This document shows, piece after piece, positions 1 to 12,295 of a stretch of DNA of 64,000 nucleotides. Every line of letters begins with the position of its first letter. Position 1 is the stretch's first letter. The stretch is from contig NC_043003.1 in NCBI RefSeq assembly GCF_006345805.1, positions 102,672,001 through 102,736,000 of the forward strand. Reading direction: 5' to 3'. Both the position numbers and the translations under genes were made by a program. The stretch comes from Octopus sinensis. Its lineage: Eukaryota. The notes under the pieces were generated by a model that was not told where the DNA came from, searched no databases, and saw nothing but the letters and a program-made list of their open reading frames with translations.

Positions 1-276
1 TGCTGGTTCCCTTTAAAGTCTTTAAAGGATTCACTCAAATTTTGAGCTCTTTTTACATGTATACAAAATTCTTTGAGAATCAGTGTGGAAGTGCATGTAT
101 GGGAAGAGGTGTATGTACATGTATGTGTATATCTGTATGCATTTATGTGTGTGGGGGCAATGTTGTGTTTGATTTTGTATGCACATATGAATGCGTGTGA
201 GTAAACATTTGTGAATGAATGTGCATGTGGATGTGCATGTGTGCAATTGTGTTTCTTTTTGTATGTATACATGCAT

Positions 277-430
277 ATAGGCACAACCATGTGGTTGCTT
301 CCCAACCACATGGTTCCAGATTCAGTGGCACAATGTGGAATCTTGGGCAAGTGCCTTCTACTATAGCCTTGGGATGACCAAAACCTTGTCAGTGGTAGAT
401 GGAAATTGAAAGAAGTCCATTGTGTATGTA
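277..430 (+). mobile_element. SINE family A, 5' half (tRNA-like head plus CORE-like segment), degenerate
   Basis: CCAACCACATGGTTCC...TCTTGGGCAAGTG...GGAAATTGAAAGAAG matches the fuller copy at 26311-26735. Confidence 0.7.
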
Positions 431-479
431 AAATATGTAAAATATGTAAAATATATATGTAAAATCGTGTGTGATCTGA

Positions 480-1083
480 CAGGGGTATCACCTTCAAAAC
501 CAAGCTTAGTATCTATGAATCTTGCATATTAACGGTTTTCCTGTACTCTTCTGGGACCTGAACGACATCGGCGCCACATCAAGGCTTTAAAAAGATTCCA
601 TCAGACTTGCCTAAGGAGGATACTAGACATCATATGGAAGTCTTCAACGCTAGACACCGTTTCTCTTCAGCAAGCCAACACATCCAGTAGTGAAATGATC
701 CTCATACACAATCAGATGCGTTGGGTTGGACACCTTGCTAGGATGCAGGATGACAGGTTGCCAAAGCAGTTGTTTAACGGGGAGTTGCAGCGTGGCAAAC
801 GTCTGAGACATAAACCTAAGAAACGTTTTAGGGATGCTGTGAAAAGCAACTTTAATATGAAAATTGAAGACTGGGTGCAGATGACACAAGATCGATCGGT
901 TTGGAAACAAATGATCTACAATAGATGTAAAGCATTTGAAGCTCGAAGAATTGAACAATCTGCCTTGAAACGAGCACTTCGTAGACGGGACTTAACAACA
1001 ATCCCAGAAACTTTTATTCTTTAAAATATTTGTAAGGTCAGCAGTAGGGTTTGTTTGTCAAGAGCAGGACTTGCTAATCATTA
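480..1083 (+). mobile_element. RTE-clade LINE 3' fragment (RT thumb/C-terminal region)
   Basis: ORF 695-1024 contains QMRWVGHLARMQDDRLPKQLFNGEL..G.R...KPKKRFRD and DRSVWK, typical of RTE/BovB-like ORF2. A decayed C-terminal Cys/His motif follows at about 1030-1083. Confidence 0.85.
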
Positions 1084-1120
1084 CACACACACACACCACA
1101 CACACACATCTACATATATA

Positions 1121-1485
1121 TCATCGTCATCATCTTTTACCGACCGCTTTCCATGATGGCATGGGTTGGACGGTTTGACTGAGACTGGCAAACGAGGGGG
1201 CTGCACCAAGCTTCAATCTACTCTGCCAAGGTTTCTTCAGCTGGATGTCCTCCCTAACGCCAACCACTCCAGGAGCGGAGTGGGCCCTTTTTACGTGCCA
1301 CCGGCACGGGGCTAGTCAAGCGGCATTGGCAATGACCACGCTCGAATAGTGCTTTTTACGTGTCACCGGCATGGGAGCCAGTCAGGCGGCACTGGCATCG
1401 ACCAGGCTCGAATGGTGCTTTTCTTGCGCCACCGGCGCGGGTGCAAGTCAGGCAGCTCTAGCATCGACCACACTCGAATGGTGTT
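1121..1485 (-). mobile_element. SINE-like family G (ATG-tailed) with three internal ~65-bp tandem units
   Basis: The CATCATC tail and GGGTTGGACGGTTTG...CAGCTGGATGTCC...CGCCAACCACT recur at about 24780, 26780, 33890, 36700 and 42820. Three units resembling TTTTACGTGCCACCGGC...GCTCGAATGGTGC lie at about 1288-1483. Confidence 0.7.
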
Positions 1486-1499
1486 ATGTCACTGTGTGC

Positions 1500-1706
1500 G
1501 CCTTTGTGCCCCACCACCACTTGACAACCGGTGTTGGTATGTTTACATCCCCATAACTTCGCAATTCGGCAAAAGAGACCGATAATACAGGTACCAGGCT
1601 TTAAAGGGAAAAAAGGTCCTGGGGTCGATTCATTTAACTAAAATCTTTCAAGGCAGTGCTCCAGCATGGCCACAGTCTAATGACTGAAACAAGATATAAA
1701 ATAAAA
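1500..1706 (+). mobile_element. SINE family A, 3' half
   Basis: TTGACAACCGGTGTTGG...CGGCAAAAGAGACCGATA...GTGCTCCAGCATGGCCACAGTC..TGACTGAAAC, the same module as 26540-26735. Confidence 0.75.
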
Positions 1707-2157
1707 GTTACATGCGTGTGTGTGTGTGTGTGCATGACTGTGCATGTGTGAATACACAAATGAAGCTGTGTGTTTGTGTGCATGGGTGCACTGATGGGTT
1801 TCTGCCTGTCCATATGCATACATGTGCATGTGAGTGCATGTCTATGCACAAATGACATTGTGTGTGTGCGCGCATGTGTATATGCATGCGTCTGTGTGTG
1901 TTTCTGTGCAATGACATGTGATTTTTTTGTGTACATGTATACATGTGCGTGGATGCATGTGTGAATGTAGAGTGTGCATGCGTGCGTGTAATGACGTTTT
2001 CCTGCATCCGTATATGTACATGATTATATATGAGTGTGCATGTGTGAATACATATATGAGAGTGTGTGTGAATGTGTCTGTATGCGTGTATACATTTATT
2101 AGCGTGTCTGTGTATATATGCCAGCATGTACTTGCTTTAGCATCTATGAGTCTCCAT

Positions 2158-4644
2158 TTGAGTGGCCCTTAGCAATAGGTAATTTTTCGAAAGCTACAAT
2201 TTTTGCTGCTCCCACCCACTAATCCTGTTCCAATAAACAAAATAATGGGGTGTGCAAAATTTCAGCTTAATCAGACAACTGCTAGGCGACACTCAAATAC
2301 CTTGAAGTTGGAACATAGTATACACAATGAATAATTCTTTTTAAAAGCGGCATACTGTTCCCTTTCTCCACCATTTTCTTTTTTTTTTTTTTCTTCTTCT
2401 TAGAGAAAATTATGTGGACACATCCAGGCAACCCCAGCAGATGTTTAAAACGTTCTGAATCAAATTTACCCATATTTGATTTGAAAAATTCCTGAAATAA
2501 GATGAAAAACGTAAGAAATATTAGGTTTTCTTAATAAAGAACACAAGAAACGCATTTTTATTTACAACAATAAATTCTGTAAAACCAAAAACATAATGTG
2601 AACGCCGAACACTGAATATTGAACATTATTTTTTGCATAAGAGTGGATTTAGTGGTAGTTGGGTATGTTTTACAGTTTTCGGTAATGATCGGTTAAACAA
2701 ATCGTTTCTCAGTTCCATCGTTTGTGAGAATGTTATTGTAATCCGGAATGAGTTTGACCCCTCTTTCTCTAACATCATTCACAACTACTGTCTTCTCAAG
2801 TTTCTCAAGTCTACTTTTGTAACTAGGATCATCCTTCCCCGTTGAAAGGTTTTTTGTCGAGGAAATCGGTGCTGATAGAAAATCTCGTGAAGCAAGTTTT
2901 TGTACCAAGAATTACAAAAGACGAAAACTCGATATTTGCAAAGAAAGAAAAGTCATTTTGGTGCAGTTGAATTTTTTCTTCTTCCTCCTCTTCACCTTTG
3001 TTTGCTTCCAACATAACTTGAGCAATATTCGCCTTCATCTCTGTTGGAACATTGTCATCAAATATGGATAGAACCACAGTTTCGGGAGCTAAGTACCAGA
3101 GATGAATGGAAAATTTTTTCGCAGCAGCCTTACTGATTTCTTGATCAATATTCTGATAATTTATCAGTTGACATGAATAGGAAATCTTGATGAGGTGCTT
3201 TAATTACTTCCGATGACAAAAACCAGGCTCGAACATACACTTGAGCAAGAAAATACATATTCTTCTTAAAGGGTTCTTCTCCCCACGAGATAACTGAAAT
3301 TGATCTTAAAACAGGTATATCTTGAATGCGTAAATTGCTTTTTGGCATCCACCTAGCATGACTTACAGCTCCTGGTGTACGAAACGATATCCCGTTCATC
3401 GGAATGCTGCCAAGAAAGGTCATCATTAACTCCAACAGTTCTCGGTAATCATTTCGCTATTGTTTCTGCGTAGAAAGGATGGTATTCAAGAAATCCAAGA
3501 ATGGTAGAGCGGACATCATCAGGCACTTCATTGCTACCAGTTATGTAAACCTTCTTGTTGAGTTTCGTCCAGGTTTGTTTAAATCTTTTGAAAACCACCA
3601 TGTCTGGACCAGAAGTTGCACCCATCAGTGAGTCAAAACAGCTCCTAAAATCTAACTAAAAAATGTGATGACAGCAAGGGAAGTACAACAGGTCGCGATT
3701 GAACAACTTTTCTTGATTTGTACTGGCACCATTCACTCGACCTGTGTTGCTTGCTGTTGTATCACATCAAAGTGTCTGGTCGATTATACCCCAGTTCTCC
3801 ACTGCTTGGTAAACAGCCATGGCTTGCTGTTCTCTTGAAGACGTTGGAATTTCAGAGACTCCCAACAATTGCTCCTTGTCTTAAAGAATTACTGTTATTG
3901 CCAGTCTATTAACCTTTTCAACGCCTGTGAGTGCTGGGAGTAGCTTTCCATCTTAGTGCAACACTTAATTCTTGACAGTCATTTAGGTTAGATTTGTGCT
4001 GTATTTCTGTCTCGCTTCTCTAAGGCATTGATGATAAGTATACAAAGCACGTAACATAGAAACGATCGGTACTACAAGTTTGTCAGGGCTACCAACAAAA
4101 CATGGGAAGATCTATATCAATGCGCCACAACAAAATGAATGAGTGCTTACAAGTTATTACAAATAAATTAACAAACGTTGACAAATCATATTAGTTCACT
4201 GCTTATCGCGAACATATTTCTTGATATTTTTATTTCCCAACACTAACATTAGGTGCAGTACAGTTCTTTCAACGGACGAACGTAGCTCACAACCTCACTC
4301 GCTCACGGCTGGCCGCCGACTGGACGACGGCGAAAAATAGGTGGTCTGTCCCCAGCTTTGCAAGTTGCTTTCCCCATTATATTTATTGTCACTTTTTCTT
4401 CTATTACCAAGAATAAGTCTGAACAAGTTTTTAATTCAAGAGAAAATTAAATAAGAGATTTAAAAAAATTATCTGTAAAAATGACTTTCTGGGTAAAAAT
4501 TTCAAAATTTTATGGTCGATGAGGTTCGCCTCGCAGTTGTTCGACTGAGCTGAAATTTTGCATAGATTGTCTTTTTGTTAATTGGAACAAAATAGTGGGG
4601 TGGGAGCTAAACTTTTAGAAAGTTGAAAAATAAGGGCCACTCTA
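2158..4644 (-). mobile_element. Decayed hAT-superfamily DNA transposon (hATm-like) with imperfect TIRs
   Basis: Terminal inverted repeats T(T/A)GAGTGGCCCTTA...GCTCCCACC..ACTA..TGTTCCAAT at 2158-2240 and 4570-4644. Frameshifted minus-strand transposase fragments include DTTASNTGRVNGA..LLYFPCCHH (about 3660-3790), FRTPGAVSHARWM (3145-3435) and VVNDVRERGVKLI (2693-2908). No TSD is visible; the hATm label rests on the TAGAGTG-type ends and on recall. Confidence 0.75.
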
Positions 4645-4750
4645 GTGTGCTTGCATGTACAACACTTTATATATAGAGTTATGTGTGTGTGTGTGTGTGT
4701 AGGTATGTACATATGAGTGTGTAAGTATGTGTGCATGTTTATATACATAA

Positions 4751-4791
<41 letters not shown>

Positions 4792-5549
4792 TATATTTGT
4801 GTTGCAAGATTCCTGATATGAAATGGTGTGTTGAAACAGATATTGTATTTCGGGACGGTCATTTTTTTCTTTTTTGCCAACTAAACACACGCACCATATA
4901 TTTGTTCTTCACTCGTTTATTACTGTTTTTATTTAAATTCATGTTCATTTCCGGTAATTTTTCATCACACATCTGTGACCTCTTCAGCGACACTTCGTTT
5001 TCGTGTGTGCTCTTGCTCCACTTACTCCATTCTGATCTTCTATGAGGTGTGTCCTTATGTGCGCATACGTTTGCGTCGTGTTTGTGTGTCTGCTTGTGTA
5101 TGTGTCATTGTTCTTAGCAGCAGTATGGCCTTCCTCTCAGCCTCATCCTCTCACCCCGTTGTCGCTGCTGTCCTAGGACTCCCAAAATTTAGTACAGTTC
5201 CTCTATCTCTCTATGTTTGTGTGGAAGATGAACTCAGCGGAGTCAGTAACCATCCAATAATGGGTACATATATGCAATAAATACCTTTAGTGGCTTGTTT
5301 GAATTTCATTCAAGTGAAGCATTGAAAAAAGCTTCATCTTCAAAGCTTCGAAGTCAGTGGAAGCAGGTCAATGAGAACAACTAATGCAGGTGGCCACATA
5401 ATGTCATGTTAGGCTAGAAGCCATGATGCACGGTAAACATCCAGAATAAACTTACCCATCCATAGAACTGCATTTCCACCTAGCTCCTAACACCTTGGCT
5501 GTTTTTTTTTCTTTTCATCTCAACTTTTTTTTCACTCATCCCATGCATA

Positions 5550-5585
5550 TTTTCTGATGAAGGACTAATGTCCGAAATTTTAGGG
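5550..5585 (+). ncRNA. Hammerhead ribozyme-like motif (canonical core, decayed helix III)
   Basis: CUGAUGA-A-GGAC-UAAU-GUCC-GAAA has a perfect 4-bp stem II. Helix III/cleavage side reads UUUUA rather than CGUH, and stem I forms only via G-U pairs. It lies about 70 bp before a (TA)n tract. Confidence 0.5.
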
Positions 5586-5650
5586 CTCTTTCTTTTAACT
5601 TCTACTGTCTCGCTTGTGCTATCCTTTATTCGTTTTGTTCACTATATTTC

Positions 5651-5754
<104 letters not shown>

Positions 5755-5837
5755 GAATTCATTAAAAAAAAAGACGAAGACAGGTGGTGTAGACAACAAA
5801 CAGATGTATTAGTATAACGCTCGGGAAGCGAAAAAGT

Positions 5838-5873
5838 CTTTAACGTTTCGAGCCTACGCTCTTCCACAGAAAG
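5838..5873 (-). ncRNA. Minimal type I hammerhead motif, family b (core CUGUGGA)
   Basis: Minus strand CUUU-CUGUGGA-A-GAGC-GUAG-GCUC-GAAACGUU-AAAG gives stem I of 4 bp, stem II of 4 bp and a loopless palindromic helix III (ACGU). It sits in a ~160-bp element (5760-5920) flanked by (TA)n. Confidence 0.65.
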
Positions 5874-5931
5874 GAATACAGAAAGAAACAAGGAGAGAAA
5901 ATAAAGAATATGTAGTGGCTAGCAATCTATC

Positions 5932-6001
<70 letters not shown>

Positions 6002-6107
6002 ATAATCCAAACAAGAAAACACAAAAACAAAAAAAAAGCACAACAACGCGAGGACGTGGAACAAATAAAGTATTATTGGACGCTCAGGAAAGAAGGGAAG
6101 ATGGAGG

Positions 6108-6142
6108 GTTTACCGTTTCGAGCGGAGCTCTTCGTCGGAAAC
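6108..6142 (-). ncRNA. Minimal type I hammerhead motif, family a (core CCGACGA)
   Basis: Minus strand GUUU-CCGACGA-A-GAGC-UCC-GCUC-GAAACGGU-AAAC. The cleavage triplet is altered relative to the sister copy at 56191. Host element spans about 6007-6210. Confidence 0.6.
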
Positions 6143-6239
6143 ATAGAAGAAGGAAAGATCTCGAGAAGGGAAGACAGAGGAAAAAAATCGTCAGTGGTAC
6201 TCACGGTGTGTTGAAAGAATGAGGAAGGGAGTATTCATT

Positions 6240-6960
6240 GCATATTGTAGAGAATATGTCTTTTTTTTAACTTAATAGTTATCTCACGTTTTGAATTTCA
6301 TGTTGCTGTGATCTTATGTTACAAGAGAAGATCACAGTGACAAGAAATTTAAGTTAGAATGAGGTGCAGCTGTTTATTTTATTGTTTTGTATGTGTCTGC
6401 TGATTGGTTTTATTTCGTCTTCGTTGATTGGATATTATTTTACTGGCTCTTGATTGGCTGGGGGTTTTCTTTTTGCAGCCTGGTGTAATTTTTGTTGAAT
6501 TTGGATGTTTGTATTCCGTTTTGCTGTTTATTTTTATTGGATTTATGAAGAAATTTGTGTTAACAGTGCACTAGTTATTTGCTGAATTTATCAGTTAATC
6601 TATGTTTGTTTATAGTCAGGTCTGTTTCTTTCACTTAAACGATATAATCTAGTTTATGCAAAAATTTGGTAACGTTTCTTATTGAATTTCGTAGATGCTG
6701 ATAAAAGAATTCATAGTTGAGTGAGGTTTCGTGGATTGACTTTGTTAAAGTGCGTTTGAATTTTCTTTAGATCAAGATTAAAGAGTTTAACGTCTCTTTA
6801 ATGGAACTGCAGCAGCATCAACTGGTTTTGTGATATCAGGAACAAAGAAGCCTAAAAATTTTACCCACTTTGTATCGTGAGTGTCAACCCTTCAGTGTAT
6901 CGAAATCTCACCTTTGGCAAGTTCTAGACTTCGAGAGGCAATATATTACAATTAACAACC
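6240..6960 (-). mobile_element. Highly decayed Naiad-like Penelope element fragment (thumb to GIY-YIG)
   Basis: Fragmentary minus-strand peptides RNVTKFLHKLD, CKKKTP and SCHCDLLL..NSKREI resemble the Naiad thumb and GIY-YIG C-terminus. Many stops and frameshifts. Confidence 0.4.
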
Positions 6961-7019
6961 TCGGTACTAAAATAGTTATGAACGCTATGAATTTACTATT
7001 ATACCATCACGATTCGTAC

Positions 7020-7900
7020 TAGGTCAGAAAGGAGGCAGCCGTTTATTCGACATCTTCATGGGAAACTAAAGGCGGCTGAGGTCGCAGTCCTTGTTGAATC
7101 ACTGATACTGGATAGTCTCGTGAATGCACATCACCCCAAGGCTTAGAGCTGTACACAGATGAGTGGCTAGTGATTTCAAGAAAGATGAATGAACACATTA
7201 TGGACAAATTTAGAAAGAACTTATGGTTTAAAAATAACCATCATGACAACCCAAACCACATCACCCTCTTGGGAATTACACTGGACCTTACGACTGGCAA
7301 ATGTTATCCTTAAATAATGTTTAGAAGAGACTGTATACAGAATTTTAGCTACCGAGAAACTATAATTAGAAATGTTGTGAAATATATAATCTCTCCTCAG
7401 ATAGAGATATCTTTAACATAGCCACAACCCATTACTATAGAGATCCAGGAAAAGTGACTTTAAGAGAAATTAGCACATATGGAGAATCTCCAAACCCACC
7501 TTAAATGAGAGTTGAGGAAAAAATGCCCTTGTTTAATCCCCCCATTCGATTTTGATGTCTTCACTAACATAGTTATGAATATCTTGTCTCTAATTAAATA
7601 TCGGTTTTGAAGCAAGTACATGTATCATAAACTATTTATTACACATAATGTTATGGTGAGCTGTAATTTCCTAAATAATATCGCATGTAACAACAGGAGA
7701 AATGCTTTATTCTACATTATTCCGAAAGAAAACAAAGAAGGAGGAAGACCCCAAAACATTCAAATGACAGTTAAATTCTTCCAAGACGTACCAGAGAAGC
7801 TCCCGACACCAAGATACAATTCAGCAAACACAACTCACCACTCAAGCAAACTATGGAGACTTAAAACATGACCTAAAAGACTACACCAGGTTCTGCTGTT
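7020..7900 (+). mobile_element. Decayed Naiad-like Penelope element (RT core to GIY-YIG)
   Basis: Broken-frame peptides FDIFMGN..AEVAVLVESLIL, LYTDE/YRDD-like, GITLDLTTGKCYP, FNPPFDFDVFTNI, YHKLF...VMVSC and SSKLWRLK match Naiad-type RT/EN motifs. Confidence 0.65.
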
Positions 7901-8829
7901 AAGCTACATAGACATGGCCTTGGCCAATCATGACTGAAACCTAAGTTATGATACTTTTATCCCAAGTACCCCCAACACATTCGCCAAAATTAAAGCACCT
8001 GCTTGCACAGAGCATTATGCCTCTCCAAGGTAGTGGTCTGTAGGGCGATTCTCACCCAGTGGTATTCCAGATTATGTCACAGGACTTACCACTATTGTGT
8101 TCAAGGGAGCGTCTGACTCGACACATGCACTCCATCGGGTCTATCAATAAAGAAAATCCACTTCTCGTCGCATTTCATCCGAAAACTTGGAAGTAAGGAA
8201 TAGCATCGTCCGGTATAACATGAAACATTCTCGATACAGCACTCCATTATTTGCTAGGGACAGAGGAACACGCAGCCATCACTTTTGTCTCTCCGAGAAA
8301 CTGCACATATTGCAGCAGTTAGATGTCTCCCTTATAAAAAGAAAATGAACTGTCATTCTGCTGCCGCTAGCTGGGCTCCCACTTTTGGCCAACTTTAAAC
8401 TGCAAGCTGTTAATATTATCTAATTAGTTTTTGCCCTACTTAGATCAACAGCCCACTTCTTTCCTCTACACGATACCCGAACTGCCTTCCTACTGTCTAC
8501 AAAAGAATTAATTCCAAGTTATGAGCTACTAATATTTTCCATAAACTATCGATAACCGCATAACATTTCTATAATCTTTCATGGTTCTCTACAAACTTTT
8601 ACTCTGATAGGAAGGTGTGTTCAAAGTTAGTACTTCGGCAGTTGGCACCTAATTTGAATGCAACAAGGGTGAATCTATTGGAAATGGTTGAAACCAATGA
8701 AAGTACTTCATCGTTTTTTCGATCTAGTAACAGAAGAGGAAATATGGCCGTATTTTATAAACCAAAAACGAAAGCGCAGTTCATGGAATGGAGTTACACC
8801 TTTTCTCCAAGGCCTAAAACGCTCAGGAG

Positions 8830-8937
8830 CTAGCGATGCTATAAAACTGGTTTTTAAACATTGAAAGGCTGTGGGGGTCCACCAAAATAGAATAGTAATC
8901 AAAGGGCTCCATAGAAAAAGATGGTCGAGAACCCCTA
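8830..8937 (-). mobile_element. hAT (Charlie-like) terminus
   Basis: Minus strand TAGGGGTTCTCGACC is a typical hAT end, abutting ATCTAGAG (NTCTAGAN-type target). The other end was not found. Confidence 0.45.
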
Positions 8938-9077
8938 ATCTAGAGGATGACACCCTACCAGTATGTTTAATTTGAACGAGCTATGTCAGTTAATATAACC
9001 GGCTACAGCGATTTTTGAATCCTCATATGCACGTATAAGTGCATAAAATATGTGTATAACTACGCACACTTATATAT

Positions 9078-9349
<272 letters not shown>

Positions 9350-9983
9350 GTGTGTGTAGAAATATGTATACGTATATATACAAACACGCGGCCATCTTTT
9401 ATTAATTAAATGATTCCTTAGAAATGTAAAACAGTTTCAAGATATTCTTATATTTCTTCGATGTCTAGACTTAATATAAGATGGAACCAGAAGTGAACAA
9501 CCACGTGGTGGGACTGAGAAACCATTCGATGTTACTAGAAAACCAAATGGTGATATTGGAAAACTATATGATGGTGAAGGTTTACTCGTCTAAGCGTTTG
9601 AATAAGGTGTCGGCGATGTAAAGAATATTGTTAATAGCAGTACTGGATTTAGGACAAATAAGGCCCTGTGCTAGTTGAGTTATGAGGCCCCTTACTTGGA
9701 CAATCAGTCACACATGCTCAGGAAATTTAGGAGTTCACATTATTAATTTCACTTTTATAAATTTTAGGGAAAAATTTGAACGTTTGACATTTGAAAAATT
9801 CATCGTAAAAAATTTGGTGAGCAGGAAGATGGACTTCCCCACCTAAGCACACCTAAGCACATTGGAAATTCTGGCACTGGTTTGTGGCAAGGGTTACTAA
9901 AAGTGTGTTAAATGTGAATTTATTATCTAGATGTAGAAAGAGGAGGTTTCAAAGCAGTTGTCCATATTTATCTTCTTTCCCTT

Positions 9984-10205
9984 TCACATCAGCAGAGCAG
10001 CTGACCTATATGATGGTCTGTCACAAATAATTATATCTGGCCTGTTATGTTTACCCTTTGAATTGTTGGGAAGTTTCCACCAATATTCCTTGTAATGATG
10101 TTTATATATGTATGCAATAACAAATTTTCCCCAGGACAGTTTTTTTTTTCGAATTGCATCGTATATTGTTTTAGCGACGTATAGGGTGGCAGTACGTGTT
10201 TTCAA
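9984..10205 (-). mobile_element. Possible RLE endonuclease fragment of an R4/Dong-like LINE
   Basis: The HNRPDIII motif appears in the ORF; the rest is poorly conserved. Confidence 0.35.
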
Positions 10206-10399
10206 CTGATATCTAGATTTTACGGGGTTTTAATGTATACAAACAAGCAAGCAATCAGAGAATTTTAGCAGTATATAGACAGTGAATTTCCTCTACAGAC
10301 TAGTCAAGTATCCCAGCACTGGTATGGCGAATACGTTGTGGTATTAGAGGAGAGTTCCGATTGCCATATCCTCCTGGTGGCAGGTACTTTTACCAGGTG

Positions 10400-10720
10400 C
10401 AGAGACTTTAGTAGCCATGAGTCGAATGCAGTGTTTTCTTACTTCGGACCGAACAGCCTTAATTATCAAAAGTTGTTTGGCACATCCCCAGACTGTCTTC
10501 TTTCTCCCACCTGCCCATCAGTCATTATGTTGTTGGACTCATAATGATCTTGGCATTTCCGTAGATGTTTTTTCACGGAAGCGTCTGCCTGCTTGTGTTC
10601 CTTAACACGCATATCGGCAACATTTGGTAATTTCTTGAAAATGGGGTCATAACCCCGAAATATTGAATACAAGGTAAGTCTACATTAATTCATATATTTG
10701 TTTTCTTGTGATTTGCCTTG
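10400..10720 (-). mobile_element. Possible Penelope GIY-YIG remnant
   Basis: RVKEHK..ASVKKHLRKC resembles the R..EH...S.V..HL..C segment of PLE endonucleases. Confidence 0.3.
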
Positions 10721-10887
10721 CATTTACTTCGCATTGTTGTGGCTTCACTCACGATCCTTTATTCAATATATTCTGCACAACGCTTCATAGTAATTATTCC
10801 AATATAATATATATATATATATATGTGTATGTGTGTAGCAATAATAAATCTCTGAGCGAGATGTTCCCATTTCCAGCCTGACGTGAT

Positions 10888-10933
10888 ACACATGGATCCG
10901 AGTTTCTGGTTATTGACCCGTCATCAGCGCGTG
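10888..10933 (-). ncRNA. Type I hammerhead motif, copy 1 (mutated cleavage site)
   Basis: CACGCG-CUGAUGA-CGGGUCAAUAACCA-GAAAC-UCGG-AUC-CAUGUG; G16.2 is changed to A. Confidence 0.55.
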
Positions 10934-11246
10934 ACACCTGCCGGCTGGTGATGGGAGACGATTTCTCAATGCAAATATATATATACTTTTTCCAGAGACG
11001 AAAAGTCACTGATCTCGAAAAAGGATAAACAAGCAATAATAAATCTCTGAGCGAGATGTAAACAGTAGCAGCACGATATCGTGAGGTACATTTATCACTT
11101 AAATATGGCTGACCATAAAGGGACAATGCTACTGTAGTTTATAGCCCCAGGAAGACATCTCTTCCAGCTGGCTATTGACAAACTGTCTGTGCATTATCAG
11201 TATTGCAAAGGGAAACCATCGTTCCCATCTCCAGCCTGATGTGATA

Positions 11247-11291
11247 CACACAGACCCGAGTTTCTGGGTATTGATCCGTCATCAGCGCGTG
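11247..11291 (-). ncRNA. Type I hammerhead motif, copy 2 (canonical core, GUC site)
   Basis: CACGCG-CUGAUGA-CGGAUCAAUACCCA-GAAAC-UCGG-GUC-UGUGUG gives a 6-bp stem I (two G-U pairs), a self-complementary helix III (ACUCGGGU) and an imperfect stem II. Predicted cleavage is between 11253 and 11252. Confidence 0.75.
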
Positions 11292-11370
11292 ACAAATATA
11301 TATATACATATATATACTTTTTCCAGTGACGAAAAATCACTGATCTCGAAAAAGGACAAACATATATATA

Positions 11371-12192
11371 ATGGGTCATCCCATAAATCATGTTTTCTCA
11401 ATTGCATGAACTAAAAGTTGGGAGTGGGGAACGGGATAAACTAACTGCATCAACTTGTTATGAAAGCAGATAGTAATTTTACCGTAACCTTATTCTTAGT
11501 GCAAGTTTTGAAGAGTACGGTTAGATTTTAACAGTTATTTTTTCAAAACTATAATGGAAGTGATAATGGAGCATATTTTGCTTTATGAGTTCAATAAAGG
11601 CAACAACGCAACGAAAAGTGTGAGGAATATTAATGCAGTATATGGGGATCGGACAATAAGTGTAAGCCAGGGTCAACGGTGGTTCCAGAAATTCTGAGCC
11701 GGAATTTACAGCCTAGAGGACGATCCTCGTCCTGGAAGATCTGTAGAGCTCGATAAGGATGTCCTGCAAACCCTGGTGGAACAGAATCCTATCGTAACTA
11801 TTGAAGTACTTGCAGAGAATCTTGGGTTTGGTCATTCAACCAGTCATTCAAGTCCACACTAGAAGAAAGACGACCATCTTTGGTTTCAATTCGAGAAGTA
11901 TTCTTCTATTAGCATAATGTTCAGCCACATTCCAAAAGCTGAAGCAGTTCGAATGGGAAACAATACCCCGCCCACCATATTCACTGGACATTGCCCCGTC
12001 TGATTATTATTTATTCGGCAGTCTTCAAAATCATTTGGACGGAAAAAATATGAATACTGTAGACGCGGTCAGAACGGTATCGGAGGAGTATTTTTCATTA
12101 CGGACAAGTGAATTTTAGAAGAAGGGTCTTGCAAGCCTACCAGGAACTTTTTTAACTTAATTTCGAAAATAAAAGTTTTAAGGGATGACCCA

Positions 12193-12193
<1 letters not shown>
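11371..12193 (+). mobile_element. Internally deleted mariner element
   Basis: TIRs (T/A)TGGGTCATCCC with TA on both sides. The N-terminal HTH (HILLYEFNKGNNAT..RWFQKF..LEDDPRPGR) is fused to the C-terminal PPYSLDIAPSDYYLF. Confidence 0.9.
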
Positions 12194-12234
<41 letters not shown>

Positions 12235-12239
12235 CTTTC

Positions 12240-12292
<53 letters not shown>

Positions 12293-12295
<3 letters not shown>

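Larger units (their letters stand above)
10838..11362 (-). repeat. Tandem partial duplication carrying two hammerhead motifs (retrozyme/pLTR-like)
   Basis: Modules are arranged A-B-A-C-B'. A = AGCAATAATAAATCTCTGAGCGAGATGT (10838 and about 11032). B contains the ribozyme and TCACTGATCTCGAAAAAGGA. The two ribozyme sites are about 360 bp apart. Confidence 0.75.

Noticed and set aside
1288-1483. Three ~65-bp repeats as a CRISPR-like array
   Set aside because: They are contiguous tandem units without unique spacers, inside a eukaryotic SINE.
4951-4990. Minus-strand CUGAAGA-G-GUCAC-AGAUGU-GUGAU-GAAA hammerhead-like motif
   Set aside because: Stem II is plausible, but stem I does not pair and there is no second copy; a chance match is likely.
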